A stretch of 64,000 nucleotides of DNA from Acutalibacteraceae bacterium. GTDB lineage: Bacteria; Bacillota; Clostridia; Oscillospirales; Acutalibacteraceae. A program made the translations under genes and the position numbers. Below are positions 57,045-64,000 of this stretch, piece after piece. The notes beneath the pieces were generated by a model, which worked only from the letters and a program-made list of their open reading frames with translations, did not search any database and was not told the DNA's origin. Positions within the stretch are counted from its first letter, which is position 1, and each line of letters begins with the position of its first letter. The DNA lies in NCBI GenBank assembly GCA_045577695.1, contig JAZNIW010000002.1:205-64204 (forward strand), in the 5' to 3' direction.

Positions 57045-57473
57045 ATGTCTACTTTTATGGCAAAACCGGCCGAAGTACAACGTAAATGGTACATCATCGA
57101 CGCCGCCGGAAAACCCCTCGGACGTGTTGCCGTTAAGGCCGCAGATCTTCTCAGAGGAAAAATTAAGACCGAGTTCACCCCCCACGTTGACTGTGGTGAC
57201 CACGTTATCATCATCAATGCGGACAAAGCCGTTTTAACCGGCAAAAAGTTGGAAAACAAATACTATCGCCGTCATACCGGTTATGTTGGTGGTTTGAAAG
57301 AAGTTCAATACAAAACCTTAATGGCCACCCGTCCTGAATTGGCTATGACCTTGGCGGTTAAGGGTATGGTTCCCGACACCACCATCGGCCGCAAGGCATT
57401 AACCCGTCTTCGCGTTTACAGTGGCGATGCTCACAAGCACGCTGCTCAAAAACCCGAAGTTCTGGAATTTTAA
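57045..57473 (+). CDS. rplM: 50S ribosomal protein L13
   Basis: [30 protein letters not shown] follows GGAGGAAA. Confidence 0.97.
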   Translation: MSTFMAKPAEVQRKWYIIDAAGKPLGRVAVKAADLLRGKIKTEFTPHVDCGDHVIIINADKAVLTGKKLENKYYRRHTGYVGGLKEVQYKTLMATRPELAMTLAVKGMVPDTTIGRKALTRLRVYSGDAHKHAAQKPEVLEF

Positions 57474-57491
57474 GAAGGGGGAAGGAATACC

Positions 57492-57890
57492 ATGTTTGAA
57501 GGAAAACCTTATTTCTACGGCACCGGCAGAAGAAAAAGCTCGGTAGCTCGTGTTCGCGTTTACAGTGGTACCGGTAAAATCACCATCAACGACCGTGACA
57601 TCGACGAATATTTCGGTCTGGAGACCTTAAAACTCATCGTTCGTCAACCGTTGGATTTGACCGCCACCGAAGGAAAATTTGATATCGTTTGCCGCGTAGC
57701 CGGCGGTGGTGTTACCGGTCAAGCCGGTGCGATCCGTCACGGCCTTTCCCGCGCTTTGCTTCAATTCGACGAGGAACTTCGTCCGACCCTGAAAAAAGCC
57801 GGTCTTCTCACTCGTGACCCGAGAATGAAAGAGCGTAAGAAATACGGCCTTAAAGGCGCCCGTCGCGCACCCCAATTCTCCAAGAGATAA
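57492..57890 (+). CDS. rpsI: 30S ribosomal protein S9
   Basis: [14 protein letters not shown]...RRAPQFSKR. Confidence 0.97.
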   Translation: MFEGKPYFYGTGRRKSSVARVRVYSGTGKITINDRDIDEYFGLETLKLIVRQPLDLTATEGKFDIVCRVAGGGVTGQAGAIRHGLSRALLQFDEELRPTLKKAGLLTRDPRMKERKKYGLKGARRAPQFSKR

Positions 57891-57963
57891 CGGTTGCAGC
57901 GCAATACCAGCCCTCGGTTGGCTTTGCACAGAGGGACCCTTAAAACCACTTGTTTTTTTACAA

Positions 57964-57998
57964 ATACCCGCAGGTTCATCGGCCTGCGGGTATTTTTG
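57964..57998 (+). terminator. intrinsic terminator after rpsI
   Basis: ATACCCGCAGG-8-nt loop-CCTGCGGGTAT followed by TTTTGG. Confidence 0.85.
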
Positions 57999-58209
57999 GG
58001 GTAAACTTTTAAAAAACGCCTTAGCCAAAGTATTTAAACTTGAACCAGCCTTAAATGGCTATTTTTAGGCATTTTTTGGCTCACCGTCATTCATAGGCTT
58101 TCGGATTTACGAGGATTTTAACAATATATAGCGAAAAATATGTCTTCCAAAACCGGATTCAAGTTTGAATACTTTGGCTATCCTATCACAAAAAAGAAAG
58201 GGTCTTCGT

Positions 58210-59610
58210 ATGAAAAAAGATATCGTTATCATCGGGGCCGGGCCGGCCGGTATTTTTACCACATTAGAGTTATTGCGCCACGGCTGTAAAGACAAGATCT
58301 TGATCGTGGAAAAGGGCGTGGCAATTGAAAATCGCCGTTGCCCCAAGCACAAAACCAAACAATGTGTCAACTGCAAGCCCTATTGTCATATCACCACCGG
58401 ATTTTCGGGTGCCGGTGCCTTTTCAGACGGTAAGCTTTCCTTAAGTTACGAAGTAGGCGGCGATTTCCCTTCCCTCATTGGGGAGGATTTTGCCCAAGAA
58501 CTGATCAATTACACCGATAAAATTTATTTGGAGTTCGGCGCCGATACGCACATTGAAGGCATCAGCAACGACCAAGCAGTCAAGGATATCCGCAAGCGCG
58601 CCATTCAGGCAGGCCTAAAATTGGTCGATTGCCCCATTCGCCATCTCGGCACCGAAAAAGCGCAGGATATTTACTATGCTATTGAGCAATATCTGATGAA
58701 AAACGGCGTGGAAATGCTGTTTGGTTACGAATGTTGCGATGTGATTTTAAAAGACGGTGTTTGTACCGGTGTCCAAATCACCAACGGAAAAGAATCTTTG
58801 GAAATTGAAGCCGACCGCACCATCATCGCAACCGGCCGCCGCGGTGCCGACTGGTTTGAAGGGCTTTGCAGTGAGCACGGCATCGCCCACCAACCCGGCA
58901 CAGTAGATATCGGTGTTCGAGTAGAAGTGCGCGACGAAGTGATGGAAAAAGTAAATAAAGTTCTTTACGAATCCAAGTTAATCGGTTATCCCAGTCCCTT
59001 CAAAAACAAGGTGCGTACCTTCTGCCAAAATCCCGGTGGATTTGTTTCTCAAGAAAATTACGACAACGATTTGGCAGTGGTAAACGGACATTCTTACAAA
59101 GAACTCAAATCCGGCAATACCAACGTGGCCATTTTGTGCTCGCACAACTTTAATCAACCATTTAATCAACCCATTGCCTATGCCCAAAAGGTGGGTGAAC
59201 TTACCAATATGTTGGGAGATGGCCATATTTTGGTGCAACGATTTGGCGATATTTTAGACGGCAAACGCACATGGCCGAAAGAGTTGGCGCAATCCAACAT
59301 TCGCCCCACCTTAACCGATGCCGTGGCCGGTGATATCACCGCCGCTATGCCCTACCGCGCTATGACCAATATCATCCACTTTATGCAGGCGGTCGACCAC
59401 GTGGTGCCCGGTTTTGCCTCGTACGAAACTTTGCTTTACTCGCCGGAGTTGAAATTTTACAGCAACCGTGTTAAAATGGATGCAAACCTCAACACTAATA
59501 TCAAAGGTCTGCACTGTCTTGGCGATTCCAGTGGCTGGACCAGAGGTCTAATGATGGCCTCGGCGATGGGTGTATATATGGGGCGTAAAATTGCCCAAAG
59601 TAAACAATAA
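58210..59610 (+). CDS. FAD-dependent oxidoreductase (uncharacterised FAD-dehydrogenase family, COG2509-like)
   Basis: DIVIIGAGPAGIF dinucleotide motif; 466 aa. Confidence 0.7.
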   Translation: MKKDIVIIGAGPAGIFTTLELLRHGCKDKILIVEKGVAIENRRCPKHKTKQCVNCKPYCHITTGFSGAGAFSDGKLSLSYEVGGDFPSLIGEDFAQELINYTDKIYLEFGADTHIEGISNDQAVKDIRKRAIQAGLKLVDCPIRHLGTEKAQDIYYAIEQYLMKNGVEMLFGYECCDVILKDGVCTGVQITNGKESLEIEADRTIIATGRRGADWFEGLCSEHGIAHQPGTVDIGVRVEVRDEVMEKVNKVLYESKLIGYPSPFKNKVRTFCQNPGGFVSQENYDNDLAVVNGHSYKELKSGNTNVAILCSHNFNQPFNQPIAYAQKVGELTNMLGDGHILVQRFGDILDGKRTWPKELAQSNIRPTLTDAVAGDITAAMPYRAMTNIIHFMQAVDHVVPGFASYETLLYSPELKFYSNRVKMDANLNTNIKGLHCLGDSSGWTRGLMMASAMGVYMGRKIAQSKQ

Positions 59611-59648
59611 TAGGCAATATAAAAATTCAGCAAACGGGAGGATTCACT

Positions 59649-60947
59649 ATGCTGGACATTCGATTTATCTGTGACAATCCGGAATTGGTCAAAGAAAACA
59701 TTAAAAAGAAGTTTAAAGATTCCAAACTTCCTTTGGTAGATGAAATTATTGACCTTTATCACCAGAAGCGCGAAGCGAACACCCGCGCCAATGAATTGCG
59801 CTCTAACCGCAACAAGGTGAGCAAACAAATCGGTTATTTAATGGGCCAAGGCAAACGGGAAGAGGCCGAAGAGATGAAGCGTTTGGTCAATGAGCAGGCC
59901 GACGAACTCAAAGCCTTAGAAAAAAAGGAAGCCCTTTTGGAAACGATGGTTCGAGAAATTCAAATGAAAATCCCCAACATCGTAGATGAAAGCGTTCCGG
60001 TGGGAAAAGACGATAACGATAATGTGGAAGTGGAGCGCTTTGGTGAAACAACCACTCCCGATTTTGAAATTCCCTACCATACCGATATTATGGCCTTGTT
60101 TGACGGCATCGACAAGGAATCGGCCGGCCGCGTAGCCGGTGAAGGCTTCTATTATCTGATGGGAGACATCGCCCGTCTGCATTCAGCCGTGACGGCCTAC
60201 GCCCGTGATTTTATGATCGATAAGGGTTTCACCTACTGTATTCCCCCTTTTATGATTCGAAGCAACGTGGTAACCGGCGTGATGAGTTTTGAAGAAATGG
60301 ATGCTATGATGTACAAGATTGAGGGTGAGGACCTTTACCTAATCGGCACCTCGGAGCATTCAATGATTGGTAAATTCATTGACACCATTACTCCGGCCGA
60401 AAAACTCCCCTTAACCTTAACCAGTTATTCCCCCTGCTTCCGTAAGGAAAAGGGCGCTCACGGCATTGAAGAACGTGGCATTTACCGCATTCATCAGTTT
60501 GAAAAGCAAGAAATGATTGTCCTCTGCAAGCCGGAGGAAAGTATGGATTGGTTCCACAAAATGTGGAGCTATTCGGTAGAGCTCTTCCGCAGTATGGATA
60601 TTCCGGTTCGTACCTTGGAATGCTGCACCGGTGACCTGGCCGACCTTAAAGTAAAATCCTACGACATCGAGGCTTGGAGCCCGAAACAGCAAAAATATTT
60701 TGAGGTTTGCTCTTGTTCCAATCTGGGTGATGCCCAAGCCCGTCGTCTAGGCATTCGCGTCAAAGGGGAGGATGGCAGAAAATATTTGGCCCACACCCTA
60801 AACAACACGGTCGTAGCCCCGCCCCGTATGTTGATTGCCTTTTTAGAAAACAATCTCCGTTTTGACGGCGAGCATTACTGTGTGCTTATTCCAAAAGCTT
60901 TGCAACCCTATATGGGCGGCAAAACCGAAATCACCTCCAAACGCTAA
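59649..60947 (+). CDS. serS: serine--tRNA ligase
   Basis: N-terminal coiled-coil arm and a class II core (YSPCFRKEKGAHG, TLNNTVVA). Confidence 0.95.
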   Translation: MLDIRFICDNPELVKENIKKKFKDSKLPLVDEIIDLYHQKREANTRANELRSNRNKVSKQIGYLMGQGKREEAEEMKRLVNEQADELKALEKKEALLETMVREIQMKIPNIVDESVPVGKDDNDNVEVERFGETTTPDFEIPYHTDIMALFDGIDKESAGRVAGEGFYYLMGDIARLHSAVTAYARDFMIDKGFTYCIPPFMIRSNVVTGVMSFEEMDAMMYKIEGEDLYLIGTSEHSMIGKFIDTITPAEKLPLTLTSYSPCFRKEKGAHGIEERGIYRIHQFEKQEMIVLCKPEESMDWFHKMWSYSVELFRSMDIPVRTLECCTGDLADLKVKSYDIEAWSPKQQKYFEVCSCSNLGDAQARRLGIRVKGEDGRKYLAHTLNNTVVAPPRMLIAFLENNLRFDGEHYCVLIPKALQPYMGGKTEITSKR

Positions 60948-61031
60948 CAAGCCCGAACCTTTTTAGGAATATAATTTTGTTTTGGCCGCACAATTGTCCT
61001 TGCTTGCTGAAACAAAAAAGAAAAAACTTTT

Positions 61032-61059
61032 GCCCTGCACTGCGGTGTGGGGCTTTTTT
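61032..61059 (+). terminator. intrinsic terminator after serS
   Basis: GCCCTGCAC-tgcg-GTGTGGGGC (two G-U pairs) followed by TTTTTT. Confidence 0.7.
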
Positions 61060-61117
61060 CATCTAAGTTCCTTATGAATTAACCCAGTTTTATGAGCGCC
61101 AACTATGGAAAGCGAAA

Positions 61118-61258
61118 ATGGAGAAAAAATTCAAACATCGCCGCCTTATCAATGCCTTTAAACTCAAAGAAAATGGTCCAAAAGATCATCCCCGGCATAA
61201 AACCATCGTTTTGAAAAAACACAAGAGCAAACAAGAGAAAGCGGTATTATGGATATAA
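61118..61258 (+). CDS. candidate 46-aa basic micro-protein (MEKKFKHRRLINAFKLKENGPKDHPRHKTIVLKKHKSKQEKAVLWI)
   Basis: An ORF between two terminator hairpins. The SD is weak (GGAAAG) and no homology is recognised. Confidence 0.2.
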   Translation: MEKKFKHRRLINAFKLKENGPKDHPRHKTIVLKKHKSKQEKAVLWI

Positions 61259-61281
61259 AGCATCTGTCTTATGCAAACAAA

Positions 61282-61312
61282 AGAGCATTGAGAGAAAAAC
61301 CCTCAATGCTCT
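61282..61312. terminator. hairpin terminator downstream of pgeF (usable from both strands)
   Basis: AGAGCATTGAG-9-nt loop-CTCAATGCTCT with T-rich flanks. Confidence 0.7.
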
Positions 61313-61331
61313 TTCGTATTTTTAAGAATGA

Positions 61332-62159
61332 TTATTTTAAGGCAATCACCGCGGCTAAATTGCCTCGGCTTCCCCCCGTGGCGCGGTGGGAATGAAAATA
61401 TTGACTGTGACAACAGGTACACAAATCACTTACACAAATATTCTCTGTTCGCAGACCGGCCGCCTCTAAGATTAAGCGGTTGGCTTTCTGTAAATTGAGC
61501 CAATACTTTCCATTTTCCTTTGATGTAAAAACTTCCTCATTGGCAACATTGGTTAAGGGGGCGAATCCCTCTGCCACCAGGTCGTCAACCTCATAACAGC
61601 ACGGACCGATGGAAGGACCGATGGCCGCCAAAATATCGGCCGGATTTGAACCGTATTGGTCGACCATTTTTTCAACCGTTTTTCGGCCGATTTCTTGTAC
61701 GGTACCGCGCCAACCGGCGTGAGAGGTAGCCACCGCTTTCTTTACGGGATCGTAAAAAAGCAGAGGCACACAATCGGCAAACTGGGTCACCAGCGGCAGA
61801 TTTTTCACATTGGTCATCAATCCGTCAATATTGGTATACGGCCTCTCTTTAAAGATTCCCGCACCGGCCATCTCCTCCCCGACCGCCAAAATATGGTCGG
61901 TATGGGTTTGATGACTCAGTACAGCGCGAGCGGGGTCGAGCCTCAAGGCAGTAAACAAAATCCGGTAATTTTCCTTAACCGCGGCGGGATCATCGCCATT
62001 GGTGAAACTCATATTCATCGAAGCGTAACGTCCGCGACTGGCACCCCCCATACGAGTGGTAAAGGCAGCCACTACACCGGCTTGTTCCAAATTCGGAAAG
62101 GTAAGATAATACAAATCCCCCTCGTTTTGGTGAATGGTTAGCGTGTTACTGGTTAACAT
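61332..62159 (-). CDS. pgeF: peptidoglycan editing factor PgeF (YfiH/DUF152 laccase-domain family)
   Basis: FTTRMGG, SHQTHTDH, ADCVPL and CTCC...YFSHR are typical. ATG 62159 follows AAGGAGAAGG. Confidence 0.85.
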   Translation of the reverse strand: MLTSNTLTIHQNEGDLYYLTFPNLEQAGVVAAFTTRMGGASRGRYASMNMSFTNGDDPAAVKENYRILFTALRLDPARAVLSHQTHTDHILAVGEEMAGAGIFKERPYTNIDGLMTNVKNLPLVTQFADCVPLLFYDPVKKAVATSHAGWRGTVQEIGRKTVEKMVDQYGSNPADILAAIGPSIGPCCYEVDDLVAEGFAPLTNVANEEVFTSKENGKYWLNLQKANRLILEAAGLRTENICVSDLCTCCHSQYFHSHRATGGSRGNLAAVIALK

Positions 62160-62184
62160 ATCCTTCTCCTTAAAACCGGGAAAT

Positions 62185-63099
62185 TCATTCACAAACCGAC
62201 GGTAAATCGGTGGTGATTTCCATTCCCTCGTTGGTTTTTCCATCCAGCGTGATTTTTATGGTTTTATCCTTGTCGGTGCGGTAGAGAGCTATTTTTGGAT
62301 GTTGTGAAAACCACTGCAATACTTCGCGATGAGGGTGTCCGTAGGAATTATCCTCGCCGCAGGAAACAACAGCCACTTTAGGCGAAAGCGCCTTTAAAAA
62401 CAAAGAGGAGTTCGAATCACTGCTGCCGTGGTGCGCCACCTTATACACCGTGCAGGAAAGCGAATTTTCCCGTAACATTTCCACCTCGCGGTTTTGCTCC
62501 GCATCGCCGGTGAGCACCACCGAATGGATGCCGTAAGAAAGTTTAACCCCAATGGAATAATTATTTAAATTTCCCGTTTCGGTGTTTTGTTTGGTAAGGC
62601 AGGTGAGACTCCAGTCCTCCCCCTCTGCCATTTTATCGCCTTGTTCAGGAGAATAAAGTTTTTTCCCTTTTTCGCCAACCGCTAACAAAAATTCTTCGTA
62701 GGTACGGGTGGTGGGAATATCGGCAGCTTCTATTTTCGGGGCAAAGATTTTTCCCACCTCAAAGGCCTTTATCACTTCGGCCATTCCGCCAATATGGTCG
62801 GCGTGTGGGTGAGTGGCCAGGATATAATCCAACCGCTTAACCCCGCATTTTTGCAAATAAGAAACCACCTCGTCACCGTCCCCGCGGTTGCCGGCATCTA
62901 CCAACAAGGTGGCGCCGCCGGGCAAAAAGAACAAGCTGGCATCCGCCTGGCCAACATCCAAAAAATAGGCGGTTAGTTTTCCCTCGCCTGCGGCAGGCAA
63001 ATTCTTTTCGGCGGGGAGATTCGGCCAGAGGCCGCACCCCGCTAAACAGATGGCAAGGCAAAGAAAAAGAATTCCCATTCCTATCGCTTTTTTTCGCAT
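62185..63099 (-). CDS. secreted lipoprotein with a ComEC-C-terminal-type metallo-beta-lactamase domain
   Basis: Lipobox LAGCG, then LDVGQADA...VDAG...ILATHPHADHIGG...VAHHGS. Confidence 0.75.
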   Translation of the reverse strand: MRKKAIGMGILFLCLAICLAGCGLWPNLPAEKNLPAAGEGKLTAYFLDVGQADASLFFLPGGATLLVDAGNRGDGDEVVSYLQKCGVKRLDYILATHPHADHIGGMAEVIKAFEVGKIFAPKIEAADIPTTRTYEEFLLAVGEKGKKLYSPEQGDKMAEGEDWSLTCLTKQNTETGNLNNYSIGVKLSYGIHSVVLTGDAEQNREVEMLRENSLSCTVYKVAHHGSSDSNSSLFLKALSPKVAVVSCGEDNSYGHPHREVLQWFSQHPKIALYRTDKDKTIKITLDGKTNEGMEITTDLPSVCE

Positions 63100-63182
63100 T
63101 GTTCTTCTTCCCCTTTTCTTCCTAGCAAAAGCAGTCAAACCCTATCCCATTTTTTATATTATACCGCAGGTGCCACCGAATT

Positions 63183-64000
63183 TCAAACTATTTTTACACG
63201 ATAGGTTTTCATCCAATGATTCAGCATAATAAAATATGCCACCGTCTGCGGTGTGGTCATCAGTTGCCCATACCACGGCTCACTACGCTCGGTGGTAAGC
63301 AGCCCTTCAACCGCCTTTTTATCCAACCATTCAAACAAGGGTGCATTTGGGTCACTTAAAATATCCCGCAAAATAGCTTTCACCGCTTCAAAATAGGCCG
63401 GATTATGCGTTTTAGGATAAGGACTTTTTTTGCGCCACAAAATTTCTTCCGGCAAAACCCCCTCCATCGCCGTACGAAGAAGCCCCTTTTCACGGCCTTT
63501 TAAATCCTTGATTTCCCAGGGAACCGTATAAAGATACTCGACAATGCGGGTATCGCAAAAAGGTACCCGCACCTCTAATCCGTTATACATACTCATACGG
63601 TCTTTGCGGTCCAATAAGGTCTGCATAAACCAATGCGTGTTAAGGGATACCATCTCTCGCATCCGCGCCTCTAACGGGGAAATTCCCTCTCGTTTCGAGG
63701 CCGCTTTTACCGTCGCCTCATACCGTGCGGCAACATATTCACTTCCCCTTAATTTTTCCTGCCATTCGGGACGCAAGAAGCTCTGTCGATAATCGGTTGA
63801 CTGTGCCCACGGGAACCCGTAACGGGAGCGGATTTTTTCGTCGCGATACCACGGGTAACCACCAAAAATTTCATCGGCACACTCCCCCGAAAGAGCCACC
63901 GTTACGTGCTTTTTGATTTCTTTGCAAAAAAGAAGTAACGAAGAATCTACATCGGCCATACCGGGTAGGTCGCGAGCCTCGACCGCACTATAAAGCGCCT
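63183..64000 (-). CDS. asnB: asparagine synthase (glutamine-hydrolysing), C-terminal part; the 5' end lies beyond the window
   Basis: VALSGECADEIFGGYPWY. The frame stays open upstream of the track's Met (63959) to the window edge. Confidence 0.85.
   Translation of the reverse strand, partial: ALYSAVEARDLPGMADVDSSLLLFCKEIKKHVTVALSGECADEIFGGYPWYRDEKIRSRYGFPWAQSTDYRQSFLRPEWQEKLRGSEYVAARYEATVKAASKREGISPLEARMREMVSLNTHWFMQTLLDRKDRMSMYNGLEVRVPFCDTRIVEYLYTVPWEIKDLKGREKGLLRTAMEGVLPEEILWRKKSPYPKTHNPAYFEAVKAILRDILSDPNAPLFEWLDKKAVEGLLTTERSEPWYGQLMTTPQTVAYFIMLNHWMKTYRVKIV

Noticed and set aside
1-64000. Search for CRISPR arrays, IS elements, integrases, prophage, toxin-antitoxin or defence genes, and rRNA/tRNA genes.
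   Set aside because: I saw no spaced direct repeats, terminal inverted repeats, recombinase or transposase-like ORFs, or RNA gene signatures. Every ORF above ~100 aa on a plausible strand is explained by a housekeeping or transport family.

Overview
The window reads as chromosomal core genome of a moderate-GC Firmicute. It looks Clostridia-like, based on the DUF4363/DUF421 pair, a DUF4830 protein, the efp-linked CD1247-type gene and the yqeG...yhbY-nadD-yqeK-rsfS neighbourhood. I call about 65 CDS. I found no rRNA, tRNA, CRISPR array, transposase, integrase or phage gene. Layout: (i) 1-6.3 kb is a carbohydrate-type accessory locus on the minus strand, with a divergent AraC regulator. It holds a lipoprotein solute-binding protein without permeases, a micro-ORF, a cytoplasmic GH29-like barrel and two tandem secreted CBM-like paralogs. 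The last paralog is truncated by the window edge and is missing from the ORF track. (ii) 6.5-19.3 kb is a plus-strand housekeeping block: SAM-I riboswitch-metK, prfA, a Sua5-CoaE fusion, peptidases, Nudix, an esterase, TPP riboswitch-thiT and an acyltransferase. (iii) 19.4-51 kb is almost entirely minus strand: msmX-type ATPase, ispDF, efp cluster, rpsU (also missing from the track), a 14-gene array without internal terminators from trmH to leuS, infC-rpmI-rplT with promoter and L20-leader-like attenuator, and a MarR plus heterodimeric ABC exporter operon. (iv) 51.4-61 kb is plus strand: murD, two M42 peptidases, GNAT, YnbB, rplM-rpsI, an FAD protein and serS. (v) 61.3-64 kb is minus strand: pgeF, an MBL lipoprotein and partial asnB. 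I did not find a convincing new multi-gene system such as a defence island. The most unusual items are domain fusions (Sua5-CoaE, NadD-YqeK), an M14 peptidase homolog lacking the canonical zinc ligands, the permease-less SBP/CBM-paralog locus, an efp-linked acidic zinc-ribbon protein with a Cys/Asp tail, and a perfect palindrome in the msmX leader. All family assignments come from motifs read by eye and need HMM or structure confirmation.
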